DNA of 64,000 bases from an uncultured Nitrososphaeraceae archaeon. Its GTDB lineage: Archaea > Thermoproteota > Nitrososphaeria > Nitrososphaerales > Nitrososphaeraceae. Position 1 is the first letter of the stretch, and every line of letters begins with the position of its first letter. Below the pieces are notes generated by a model, which did not search any database, was not told where the DNA came from, and worked only from the letters and a program-made list of their open reading frames with translations. The translations under genes were made by a program, and so were the position numbers. Positions 10,738 through 21,965 of this stretch are shown here, one piece after another. The stretch spans positions 120,888 through 184,887 of the forward strand of contig CAVSMN010000021.1 of NCBI GenBank assembly GCA_963729045.1, in the 5' to 3' direction.

Positions 10738-12162
10738 ATGAAACATTTCCCTGGTAATGACATAATAGGTAGAAACCTACAGCGACCTGATCTTGGAGTG
10801 TATCTAATTTCTGGGCCAAAGTTATCGGGAAAATTACACTATTGCAATAATTTTATATTAAATGGCCTGACAGACGGGGTTTTTTGTATTTGTATCAGCT
10901 CTTCATTCATAGAAAAAAAATATAAAAGCATTTTTTTTCCGGGGTTGGAGAGCTTGTGTCTTAATTTGACAGTGTTAAATCCATATACATTAAAGGGATA
11001 TGATGGAGCCAGTTTTGAAAATAGTCAAGCGCTCACACATCTTTTTGAAGAGGTTAGACAAATAATTGAAACCCAACTAAATCGACCTGTTTACTTTGTG
11101 TTAAGTTCATTGACTAACTTTCTAGAAAATTTTAACGATCAAGATGTAACCAAATTTGTAACTAGTTTGGTCTTTCTGCTCAAAAACCATGAGGTAAATT
11201 CAATATTTTCTATTGATAGCACAGACCCCAATTCATCCATATTTATTAACAAAATAGCACATCTTTTTGACGGACTATTTGAAACTAAGTTACCTTCAGA
11301 TTCTTCTCAGTCGCAAAAGTACATAAAACTAGTATCTATGTTTGGGAATACTAAATGTAAATCAGATTGGATAAATTATACACTGGACGATAACAATATC
11401 ATAACATCTATTAGTAATCAAACTAGACTAATTTGCAATTTATGTAAGGAACAGATTGATGAATCTCCAGTATTCTATCAAGAACTTTCTTTTCATCAGG
11501 AACATTTAGCCATTTACATGAAATTAGTTAATTTTTACGGAAATTCTAAAATTGCAGAATTTGGATCATCTGGAATTTTATATACAAATTTCTTCTTTAT
11601 TGATATAGTTGGATTGTCAGATCCTTCTCTGTCGGTCAAAAATCAGATAGAAAAGATCCAGATACTAAATAATTTGATCAATTCGTGTAATTCTTATAAA
11701 AAGGACCGAGAGAAGAAAATTCTTCCTACTGGAGATGGTATGGCGATCGGTTTCTTAACCGATCCTAAACTACCTGTAGAATTAAGTCTGGAACTTCACA
11801 AAAAACTAGGAATACATAATTCAAATTCATCAAATCAATCTATAATACAAGTGCGAATTGGAATTGGTTCGGGACATGTTTTTATAGTCAATGATTTGAA
11901 TGATAATCAAAATTTATGGGGTCCAGGTATAATACTTGCTAGGAGAGTTATGGATTTAGGCGATCAAGGTCACATATTGATCGAAGGAAGTTTTGCAAAT
12001 AACTTATTTAGTATTGACAGTGAATTAAAGAAAGACATACATTATCTCGGGAATTACAGTATAAAACACAACCAAAAAATTGATGTTTATTCCCTATATA
12101 ATCAGTACGCCGGCAATGCAGAAATTCCACAAAAATTTTTAGATTTACCTAAATCCATTTGA
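10738..12162 (+). CDS. Multidomain protein: degenerate KaiC/RAD55-like domain + LIM-like Zn finger + class III adenylate/guanylate cyclase domain
   Basis: LISGPKLSGK, FVLSSL, HLFDGLFE (KaiC-like); CNLC-x16-HQEH; FIDIVGLS, TGDGM, VRIGIGSG, WGPGIILARRVMD, IKH (cyclase). Confidence 0.8.
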   Translation: MKHFPGNDIIGRNLQRPDLGVYLISGPKLSGKLHYCNNFILNGLTDGVFCICISSSFIEKKYKSIFFPGLESLCLNLTVLNPYTLKGYDGASFENSQALTHLFEEVRQIIETQLNRPVYFVLSSLTNFLENFNDQDVTKFVTSLVFLLKNHEVNSIFSIDSTDPNSSIFINKIAHLFDGLFETKLPSDSSQSQKYIKLVSMFGNTKCKSDWINYTLDDNNIITSISNQTRLICNLCKEQIDESPVFYQELSFHQEHLAIYMKLVNFYGNSKIAEFGSSGILYTNFFFIDIVGLSDPSLSVKNQIEKIQILNNLINSCNSYKKDREKKILPTGDGMAIGFLTDPKLPVELSLELHKKLGIHNSNSSNQSIIQVRIGIGSGHVFIVNDLNDNQNLWGPGIILARRVMDLGDQGHILIEGSFANNLFSIDSELKKDIHYLGNYSIKHNQKIDVYSLYNQYAGNAEIPQKFLDLPKSI

Positions 12163-12485
12163 TACATTCTATATTATCACCCCTAAATCTTCAAATTCTT
12201 AATTGTTAAATAACCAATAGCATCCTTATGGAATCCATTTCCTATTGCTGGCTACATTTTATGCTAACCAAATTTAGTAATACTGTTTCTTTTTAAAGGC
12301 TTGTCTTTAAACAATTACAATTATTGGCGATAATCCAATTTTTATTGCTCGTATTAGTACCCTCATATCCTCTTTACCTAAGAATAATGGTCTTCCTTTT
12401 TTGTGAGGGACCTCTTAACAGATATTAATTGCATATCAGTCATTCTTGAGAATGTTTTTATATCTTTACCATACCAAAAACCTGT

Positions 12486-12749
12486 ATGGCTATTTTTCTT
12501 GATGTTCATAAAGTGCCATTTAAAGAAGAAAATCTCCAAGAGCTGGTTAAGGCTCCCATAGACGAATATGGGGTCACACACGTCAACTTATTCTACAATA
12601 TGGAAGCTGGTGTATGTTTTTGTTTATTAAGTGCTCCCGATAAAGAAGCCGTAATTAAGCATCACGATAAGGTTAACATAGAATGTGAATGGATTACAGA
12701 AGTTAGTATGGCAACAGGTAATGAATCCCTAAAATTTACCACCAAGTGA
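12486..12749 (+). CDS. DUF4242 (SCO4226-like nickel-binding) protein
   Basis: MAIFLDVH...GV...FCLLSAPDKEAVIKHH...WITEV pattern. Confidence 0.8.
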   Translation: MAIFLDVHKVPFKEENLQELVKAPIDEYGVTHVNLFYNMEAGVCFCLLSAPDKEAVIKHHDKVNIECEWITEVSMATGNESLKFTTK

Positions 12750-12908
12750 ACTTGTTTATATGCATAAGATTAACTTGGGGTAAAAATCGGGTGTTAGAAT
12801 AATGGAAATTGACATAAAAACAAAACAAAGAACCTTATCAATTATTTAAAATTTGTTACCTTCGGGTTCCATTAGAAGGTAAATTTGAAAAGATAATCTT
12901 ATATTCGT

Positions 12909-14046
12909 ATGTGGGTTAATAACCTTAAGTTATTAAAAATGCCCACAGGTTCTGGCATAAAGGAAGTCAATGTAAAATATACCCTTGATGAATCCATTAA
13001 TCTTATACTTAAAATATTTTCTAATACCGAGCAGCATTTGGAAATAATTATAGATCATGATTGGTTATGCCATTTAGTGGAGTATTCATCAATTCTTACA
13101 TTCTTCAGGAAATTGAAATTGCGCAATATCGACATCAAGATCGTAGTCGAAATTGACAAGAAGAGCGCAAATTATTCTAAGCGTCTAATGAAATTTTCTG
13201 ATATAAGACATTCAGATAATCTAGAGGGGTGCAGCTTTAGAAACGAGCACTCATATTGTTTCTGCCACTTCTCTGAAAATGGATTAAGCGATCTGGAACA
13301 AGAAATCGAGCCACTGGAGAAATTGACTCAATTCTTTTACGTGGATAACAGGAATTTTGTCAAACAACAAGATTCTTTATTTAAGCATCTATGGGGTGAT
13401 TCCGTTCCAGCAAGGGAAAAAATAACAGAAATTGAAAAAAGCGTAATGGAGGTCATACTAAACCATGAACCCCAGTCAGAAATAGATGTCAATTCAAGTG
13501 AAATACTTTTTCGGATTGTGGAATCTTGTGTAGATCAAATACTAATCTTAATTCCCTCAACTAATCTCTTTTGGGATTTTTACAATAGCAATCTGTTTGT
13601 CTCAATCTCAAAGATGTTAGTCAAAGACGTGACGGTAAAGATCCTAATTCACTTGGAAGAAGGACAAACGGCCGTAAAGGATGAAATACGATATAAACTC
13701 AAGGAACTATCTCAGGATTTGGACATTAATACTAATTTTTTCTCCAAAAAAATTCCTCAATTACATCTATCAATAATTGTGGACAATGTTGTTTTGGTAG
13801 AAATTGATTACGGGAACGAAGGATCTGTTCTTTCAACAAAAGAACTTGACCCAATGAGTGTCCTTTTCCATTAGTGATACTCGGGTATCGTCCTCAACTT
13901 CAGTATTTGACATTTTGTGGATACAGTCTGATTTTGAAAGACAAAAAAAGATTAAACAAACCTATTTTGATATTTTTAAAGGATTTAATATGAAAAGCGA
14001 GAATTATAGTAGAGATTGGAATTTTGAAAAAAAAAGTAACAAATAA
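12909..14046 (+). CDS. Hypothetical sensor-like protein with two TrmB/PLD-fold-like repeats; one frameshift near 13860
   Basis: Two similar modules ending FKHLW and FDILW; resembles N-terminal regions of Nitrososphaeraceae histidine kinases; ORFs 12909..13874 and 13858..14046 overlap. Confidence 0.55.
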
Positions 14047-14349
14047 TCTAACTTCTATGCCCTATAATATTCTTTTAAATAACATCCTTCGTTCGTTTTT
14101 TTCATATTGATTGAAACATTGATTAGATTTCTAGAATCTAACTATTTTGCCTACTATTAGGATGTTTCTACTAATGGGCTCATACCAGTGCTTCTATTCT
14201 CAAAGAATTCAGACGTTTTCTATCATGTCTACAAATCAATAGTATAACAAGATATGCATGCAGGTAAATTTATCAATATTTTTTGATAATTTATTTCGTT
14301 TATTTAATGATCAATGAAATTTAAATTAATGAAATAAACAAGGGGAGAG

Positions 14350-15333
14350 TTAAACGAAATTAAACTGTATTTTTATTCCATCATGATCGTAAACATAAAA
14401 TGAAGAATTTTGGTGGAAATCTGAATCAAGTATCTTTTCATCCATCGATATGCCATTATTAATGAGGTGGTTTTTGAATGAGTCTTTCTCTTTTTTGTTA
14501 TTAGGTATCTGGATTGCAAAATGGTCTAGTCCTACTTTACTCAAGTCATTTGCACTATTAGGTAGGATGTTTGTCCCAATCCAAGTATTTGTGGCAATGT
14601 GATGATGATATCTATCTGCGGCAAAAAAATGGGCTCCTGGATACGAAGCAGTATGGTAAAGTCCAATCATATCTTGATAGAATTTCTTGGCTTTAGTAAG
14701 GTTTGATACGTGTAAATGAACGTGACCTATCGATGTTTTCTTAGGAAGACCATTCCATGCTCCATAACTTTCATGATTTAATAAATCCTTGACATCGAGT
14801 GATTCTGTTACCATGTGTATTTTGTTCGCATCAGTCCATATCCATTCAGATGGTAGCCTATCATGGTAAACCTCGATCCCGTTATTATCGGGGTCGTGGA
14901 GATATAAAGACTCAGAGACGGCGTGGTCGGCCAAACCTTCATAGTATCGTGGATCGAGATTTTTCTTAATGTGCTGGAGAAATGATGCTAAAAATTTTCT
15001 TTCAGGCAGTAATATGGCAAAATGATAAAGCCCTGCCTCTCTTTTTGTTAGGCTGGGATTACTCGAAACACTACTATTGACACTATCTATCTGACTCAAG
15101 ACTAGCAATGATGAATTCTCATCCTGTCCAGGCTCACGAGAACCAAGACATACTATATTTTCTTTTGGTTTGTTTTCTAATATCTTAAATCCTAAAATGG
15201 ATTGGTAAAAATCTATGGAATTCTGTAAATTAGAGACTTTTAGGTGAACATGATCAATCTTTAAAGATGGGCTGGCGATAAATCTATTTTCTTCATCATT
15301 ATTACTATATTTACTATTATCACTATCATTCAT
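14350..15333 (-). CDS. VOC family protein, CatE-like catechol 2,3-dioxygenase/glyoxalase
   Basis: HVHLKVS, GLYHFAILLP, DHAVSESLYLHDPDNNGIEVY, IGHVHLHV, YHHHIATNTW. Confidence 0.88.
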   Translation of the reverse strand: MNDSDNSKYSNNDEENRFIASPSLKIDHVHLKVSNLQNSIDFYQSILGFKILENKPKENIVCLGSREPGQDENSSLLVLSQIDSVNSSVSSNPSLTKREAGLYHFAILLPERKFLASFLQHIKKNLDPRYYEGLADHAVSESLYLHDPDNNGIEVYHDRLPSEWIWTDANKIHMVTESLDVKDLLNHESYGAWNGLPKKTSIGHVHLHVSNLTKAKKFYQDMIGLYHTASYPGAHFFAADRYHHHIATNTWIGTNILPNSANDLSKVGLDHFAIQIPNNKKEKDSFKNHLINNGISMDEKILDSDFHQNSSFYVYDHDGIKIQFNFV

Positions 15334-15994
15334 ATATATATTTTAATTCTGATCTATTTAATACCAAATGCCATTTCAAAAGATCAAAATAAAAAACTAA
15401 TTAGATAAAATATGGGAAATTTGTTTTGAGGTAGTAAATTTCTCTTTCTGCATTCTTTATTTATTGAAATCAATTTAGAACCGGGGTTATGTATTGACGT
15501 GACATACATGACAGTATCATAATAAATCTCAAGTTTTTTTTTCATAGTTCATCTACCATCAACGGCTTACAATCTATTGAAAACTCTGTAACTTTAAATT
15601 ATGACAATAAGGTACTGGAATGAGAAATGGAGCAATCGTAAAGATAGCATTGATATAACTCCAAATTCAACTTCTGAATCATTTGATATTAAAATGAGTT
15701 AATTTCCTCACAATATTTTGATGGATGTACAATATCAGTATAGTGGGCAACCCTATAATTGAACAATGGTAACTAACTTACAACTCACTCGTTTTTTAAA
15801 TTTCTCTTTTAATCCTTTCTAACGGAACATGGGATTTTATCATAGTATAGCTGTTAGCAATAAGAAGTAGTTTTATTTGACTCTAAATGATCTTGCCCAT
15901 TATATTGAAACTTGTGATTATACTAGTTGGTAATTCAGATAAAAAAAAGTAGTTTTGTTTACTGCATGAGAATAAGTAAAAAATTACTTCGTTC

Positions 15995-16510
15995 TTACTT
16001 TGTACTCATTAATTGTCCTCTTATTTCACCATCTGGATATTGAACTGTGTGAATGTTAACATAAGTACTATTACCCTTAATTGCAGTCATTAAGTCAGAA
16101 ATTGTTTTTCCTTGTAACGGTCCTTCCAAATTAATTCCTGTTAGAGTACCATTTATAGTAAGCCCATTTTGATTTGGATTCTGTGTGGGATCGAATGTGA
16201 ATAGAGTCACTGCGATTGGTCCGTTTTCTCCTAGAATTCCACTGTGGATATGAGCCGCGGTTACATTCTGGATGCCAGAAGCATTAACGTTAAAGTCTAG
16301 TGTATCATTGTTTGGGAGAATGGGGGTAAATCTTGCCTCTCCTGTTGCTTGAGTATCCACTGCTGGAACTTCCTCTTGACCAGTAAGGTTAGCAACAAAA
16401 TCGTGGTTTGCAAATGCTGTTGATGTACTTGAAACTGCTGATACCGCAAAGACACTTCCTAGTGCTAGGGCGATGCTTACAAATAACATTCTGTTATTTT
16501 TGATTGTCAT
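15995..16510 (-). CDS. Secreted CHRD domain protein
   Basis: Signal peptide; LTGQEEVP, AAHIH, YVNIHT..YPDGEIRGQ. Confidence 0.92.
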   Translation of the reverse strand: MTIKNNRMLFVSIALALGSVFAVSAVSSTSTAFANHDFVANLTGQEEVPAVDTQATGEARFTPILPNNDTLDFNVNASGIQNVTAAHIHSGILGENGPIAVTLFTFDPTQNPNQNGLTINGTLTGINLEGPLQGKTISDLMTAIKGNSTYVNIHTVQYPDGEIRGQLMSTK

Positions 16511-16970
16511 CCACTTAATGTCAATAATGTGATATATAACCACTTTGTTAAGCTTCTCAGTCTTCTAGAAATCTATCACAGCCCAAATAATCACTAAAAA
16601 TATTTTAGTTAGTTTGAGCAATATTTATCAAATAACCATATTTGGATAATTCTAAATCCTATCTACATGACTTTGCATATTTTTCAAAGGGTGGATGGTC
16701 AAGTCTTGTAATTCTATATTTTTGTCGATTTATGATTTTACTTCCAAAGAAGAGTTTCATTTCAAAACCATTACGTCATGTTGCAATACCAAAATGGCCG
16801 CAGATTACAAAGGTGGTAATAATTATCCTATTGTAAATTGATATTTGTTGACCATAGATGTCGGTAAACCCATATATATAACGACCTAAGCCCTGATGAG
16901 GGTTCCAATGATGGAAACTCTATGAAAACAGTATAGTAGTCAATCCCATAGTAGGATGACGCTATAATTT

Positions 16971-18139
16971 TTAGACCTTATCACTCGAACTATTGATAAC
17001 CGGCCATTTTTCCTTACGTAATGAACCCATCACGGTGTGATTCAGATTGAGATGAGCTTGTACAAGTTCTTTGGGCGTCAAAGCCATCCACTGATTTAGC
17101 GAAATATCTTGAAAGCGAGAACTTTTAAACATCTCCAGGAAACGCAATGGTTTATCACCAATATTTTCGATATAGTGACCCATCGCAAATGGGACATACC
17201 CGACATCGCCAGCCTGGTAGTCAAAAGTCCGTGCTTTACCTTCTGATGCAAATACTCCCATTCGGGCAGAACCTTCAATATAATATTGCCATTCATCAGT
17301 ATTTGGATGCCAATGCATCTCTCGCATCCCTCCTGGCTTGACCTCCACAAGTCCTGCCGCTATGTTGGTTGCTTCTGGGAAATTGGACGAATCGACCAGA
17401 CGAACCGTACCACCACTAGTCGCCAATGGATCTTGATTCAGAAAATGATAGCTAAAAGATCTTTGTCCCTGATTGCTGACAATCTTGTCAGATGCTAATG
17501 GTCCAGGTATCTCGGTAGGAAACATGTACGTACTTGTGATCAAGTTCGTGCATCGGAATATTGGCGAATTCGATCATTTGCAAGCCAAAATTCTTTCCTA
17601 GTACTTCTTTGGGGGTATGGGCAAACCAATCGGTAATGAGAAACGTTGAATCTTCAGAAAAGTTGCCATCATCAAAAACGAGGAGAAACTCGCAGCCTTC
17701 TTCTAATCCTTGGATCGAATGAGGAATACCGGGAGGAAAATACCATATATCTCCAGTACCTACATCGTCTAAGAAGTTACAACCATCTTGGTCAACTGCA
17801 CTTATTCGTGCCCTTCCGTTGAGCATATACGCCCACTCCGCCTCCTTATGCCAGTGCAATTCGCGTACCCCTCCGGCATTTAACCGCATGTTAACGCCAG
17901 CGAGCGTCGTAGCGATAGGTAACTCTCTTGCTGTTACTTGTCGTGTCCATCCACCTTTCTGAAGTCGATTGTGTGCCAAAGAAAATGAAAATTTCAAATT
18001 CGGTAATGTACCTGAATCAGGTACTAGGTGGTGTAAGAATATCGGGGTTCTGACGGTCTAATTCTTTATTACGTGGACCAGGATCGGTTCCACCTGTATC
18101 AGGTCCAATAGGTTCTGGTATGGATCTTTCTGAGACCAT
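16971..18139 (-). pseudogene. oxdC: Oxalate decarboxylase (bicupin, OxdC-like) split by two frameshifts
   Basis: MVSERSIPEP...[13 protein letters not shown] (manual), [17 protein letters not shown] lid, REMHWHPNTDEWQY; extra base at about 18020 and 4-bp gtac duplication at about 17526-17533. Confidence 0.88.
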
Positions 18140-18843
18140 TTTATAACACCACTTCTTGATTAGGGATAATAAAGGTGGTATTATTCATCCCACTCTTTGA
18201 TGACCATGAACAACTAAAAGTCTTCTTATCTTGGTTTACCTTGTTTGTTTTACAATACTTCCAAATATCTGCCATTTTTTGCATCATATACGTAAAGCCC
18301 AACCAAGGAATGATTTATACTTAGTGGAATATGGAATGCATGGTATATATCAGAATAATCCCACCAAAGTCAAATTAGTAATTTAAAAATTGCAATTCAA
18401 ATGGCAAAATTTTTTTGCAGTAAAGTGCTGACCTTTTTGATTCATATGCCCAAAGCCTGTCAGAATGATTTTGAAGTATACCATACCGTCTCAATATTAG
18501 TAAAGAGATAAATTGAAAATAAGATGTTTATCCATACTGTCCTTTTGAATCTCTCCTATAAACGGGACAGCTTTATCAAATATCAACTATATTTTACGCG
18601 CCATCATTTTCGTCCAAATGGGATATTTATGGTGGTACTGTTGAATAGTTATCGGATAAGGAACCTATTTGTAAACAGGCAAGGATAAGTTTGAATTCCA
18701 ATAACAAAAAATGCCGTGAATATAGAAACAAAATAGGACAAAGAGAACTGATAAAGTTAGATTGTCATTAAATTTATTCTTGTGTTTTAAACGGGTTAAA
18801 TTTTACCATAAACTAAGAAAGGACGACCTCCACAATTAATCTC

Positions 18844-19278
18844 ATGAGCGAAGTATATGCAATTTCTGCAGTAACTCTAATTATCAGAAACATGAAAAGA
18901 TCTTGTAGCTTTTACTCTAAAGTACCTGGTTTTGAATTGATTTATGGTGGGTCTATTGATGATCCGTTTACTACTTATCAGATTGGAAAGCGTAAGCAGC
19001 ATATGTATTTGAACCTCGAACTCGAAGGTTCTGCAAGTAGCACTTGTTTTAGTAAATGTCAGCCTAGATTTTTTGGTAGAATAATTTTTTACACGGCGGA
19101 TGTAGACAAATTATATTCGTATTTTGTCAATAACCCGTCTTTCTCGAATTTAATTCTGCTTGTTCACGAACCAGTGGATGCCCCTTGGGGAGAAAGGTAT
19201 TTCCATATAAGGGAACCAGATGGACATGAACTTTCATTTGCTCACCCTATGAAAAAGAAACCAATCCAGCAGAATTAA
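18844..19278 (+). CDS. VOC/glyoxalase family protein
   Basis: PVDAPWGERYFHIREPDGHELSFA. Confidence 0.88.
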   Translation: MSEVYAISAVTLIIRNMKRSCSFYSKVPGFELIYGGSIDDPFTTYQIGKRKQHMYLNLELEGSASSTCFSKCQPRFFGRIIFYTADVDKLYSYFVNNPSFSNLILLVHEPVDAPWGERYFHIREPDGHELSFAHPMKKKPIQQN

Positions 19279-19591
19279 TATGATTTATTGTCTCTCTTGA
19301 TTTGAATTTGTGATTATTAATAAGCGAGTTTCAGTGTCAGTTCCATTACCATTTAAAGCGATTTATTTTGTTCAGATCGTGTTATCCGCTATTGAGATGA
19401 AAGAGTATTGAACAATGTCCTAGAGTGAGTTGATATTTTAAACGAATTTACTGCTAAATCTGGTAATCTACTCTGGCCAAAAAACATAAAAATTATTTAG
19501 TCGTACTAGAATTTCAAGAATGTAAAAAGATGAAATAATATTTTCTGCAGAGCGTTACAATTTTTATACTATGATGTAAATGTAAAGGAGT

Positions 19592-19810
19592 ATGTATACT
19601 TTAAGATTAATACTATTGGTCTGTATGCTTGCAACCATAACTTTCATTTCTGGAATAATAGGATTTTCGTCTCAAATATATGCTAACACTCCAACAACAG
19701 CGGAGCTTCCTGCAACCGTTGGAAACGCATCACCATCAGATTTGGGATTAACAAATAGTACCGTGCCAGCAGAAAACACAACAACTGTAACACCAGTATC
19801 TCCTCTGTAG
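19592..19810 (+). CDS. Small secreted hypothetical protein
   Basis: Signal peptide ending IYA; Thr/Pro-rich mature part. Confidence 0.6.
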   Translation: MYTLRLILLVCMLATITFISGIIGFSSQIYANTPTTAELPATVGNASPSDLGLTNSTVPAENTTTVTPVSPL

Positions 19811-19974
19811 CAGAGGAGGGGAAAAATTTAGTAAAAGATTGGATAACATACCCACAAAATAGAAACATGCTGGAATCATTATCAGGGAATTGGGGAATTT
19901 AATTAGGTAATGCAATAATAGGTATATCATTGATATTCAAAATATTTATTTAATATACTGTTGACTCTTTGACT

Positions 19975-20250
19975 ATGAAATTTTTAATACGAGTTTCATT
20001 TCCTACTTCACTTGGAAACGAAATGGTAAATGATCCAACCTTTTTAAAAAAAATAGAAGAATATATAAGAAACACAAAGTCAGAATCTGCATTTTTTACT
20101 CTTTCTGATGGAGAAAGGACTGCTATGTTTGTAATGGATATATCCTCTCCTGACCAAATGTATAACGCTTGTGAACCTTTGTTAATGCTAGGCGGAAAGG
20201 TCCACCGGGATATGATAATGACCCTAGATGACATAAAAAAAGGACAGTAA
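19975..20250 (+). CDS. Small ferredoxin-like-fold hypothetical protein (DUF3303/GYD-like)
   Basis: MKFL...GN...E.AFFT..DGERTA.FVMD......EP pattern; T-run after stop. Confidence 0.6.
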   Translation: MKFLIRVSFPTSLGNEMVNDPTFLKKIEEYIRNTKSESAFFTLSDGERTAMFVMDISSPDQMYNACEPLLMLGGKVHRDMIMTLDDIKKGQ

Positions 20251-20455
20251 CTTTTTTTTATAAATCGCTACTAATTTCCATTTTTATATGAATTATTGTT
20301 ACCTTTACAGGTTAGATTGGGTTGTCTTGAAGACCATGATGTTGGATCTATCCGAAAATCTGTTCCACTATTAAAAATAACAGTTCACAAAATGGAGTTT
20401 AAAGATCGATTTATGCTATGGATAGCAAAAGCCTTTTTAACTTGCTGATTTAACA

Positions 20456-21111
20456 ATGAGAAGTTAACAGGAGTTATATAATTGTCGTAATGACCCTAGT
20501 GTGCCAATTTTCTTGATTGCATTAAATCAAAATCTATCTTATCCATTGCAAGTGCATGCGCAAATAAACAACACTGCTAATACTATTTCTAGTAATGTTA
20601 CATCAGATATGGCCAATAAAGTTATATCTGAACTGCCAATTGTTCTTCGCGGAATTGTCTCATCCGAAGATTTTAATAATGTGACTTTGAAAGCTGGGGA
20701 AGATCCACATGGTGCACCGCTACTTCCTAATAGGGATGACGGAACAATATATTCTAGGTATAGTAACGTTTACTGCAACGAAACCGGTGGAAGTGGGCAT
20801 TAGCCACAGACTGAATATTGACAATAATACTTTTTCTCAGCTTGATACAGATAGATTTGGAGAACTATATTCTGGATACCATAATGACACAGGAGAACGC
20901 GGAACCCCAGGCGTCTTAAGTGCTCCGTCAGTTATCGCGCCTGATTATGGGAACTGCACCTCCATATTTCTCTGCATCCATTCCTTTCGTAGGTGATTCA
21001 GTATGGCTGAGAACGATTAACGGCGAACCTTTTATCGCAGTATATGAAGTATTTGCAAAGATAGTTCAACCTGAAGGAGTTGTCGATTTGGAAACCGCCC
21101 TGATTAATTGA
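20456..21111 (+). CDS. Secreted hypothetical protein, multiply frameshifted
   Basis: Three overlapping ORFs join as ...DGTIYS/GIVTFTATKPVEV...PDYG/TAPPYFSASIPFVG...; start uncertain. Confidence 0.55.
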
Positions 21112-21279
21112 TCCTACTAACATCCATCCTCAGATGGTTTTTTCCTAACGATTGCCTTTTGAGAATTACTTTTAAGGTCGTGGGTTAAAGAACACGGGTT
21201 ATTCTCGCTCCGAAAAATATTTTGAATGACAGATGGAGACATAATGATAAGATTTATTGATTGTGCTTATTTACTTACT

Positions 21280-21573
21280 CTAATTTTTTTGATCATTTGC
21301 AACTTTGATCATATTCTCCTTTTCATGGTTTAATTCATCATCGGTCAAGTTGATGGCCGATATTATTGTGGGATTAGCCCCATTTGGAGGATCATCGGTA
21401 AAAATGATTACGTGGGTAGACGTCTTTAATATACTAATTACTGATTCATCATATGATGGCAGGTTCAATTCGAGATCTTTTATTGGAACCACAGATCCTA
21501 GATCGTCAATATCCAGTAAAGTGACATTTACCTTGTGTTCTACATCGCTAATTTTATTAATCTTAACTAGCAC
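21280..21573 (-). CDS. Hypothetical protein
   Basis: 97-aa ORF with protein-like acidic composition. Confidence 0.55.
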   Translation of the reverse strand: MLVKINKISDVEHKVNVTLLDIDDLGSVVPIKDLELNLPSYDESVISILKTSTHVIIFTDDPPNGANPTIISAINLTDDELNHEKENMIKVANDQKN

Positions 21574-21965
21574 TAATATAATACATCGCCTTCTTTAATA
21601 CATTTTTCTACTGGCCAGATACTATATACGTAGGAATCAGGGGATATTTTACATGATGATACGACTCGGAAGTTAATCTTTCATACTATTAGACGCTCTA
21701 TATGTTACACAAGGTCAGCACAAAGATAAAAAAATCAAATCTTTTTTGAAACAGTCTAAATTAACCAGATCAATGAGAATAACCATGACATTAGATTAAC
21801 CATACTAAATAATATCATATGAAGATCATAAAATAATTGAAATCACCAATTTTGCTAGGTGTAATCACAAACATCAGGTATCCTATTTTTGTTTTGGGTG
21901 TATTGAGACCGTATTTGATGCTCAATATGATGGTGAACCTCATAATAATTCTATATTTTGTTCTT

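Noticed and set aside
10738..12162. Pycsar/CBASS-type defence system
   Set aside because: No adjacent cNMP-binding TM or TIR effector is recognisable
16885..16950. Hammerhead-ribozyme-like motif (ctgatga...gaaac...gtc)
   Set aside because: A stem III can be drawn, but stem I does not pair and stem II lacks the closing pair before GAAA
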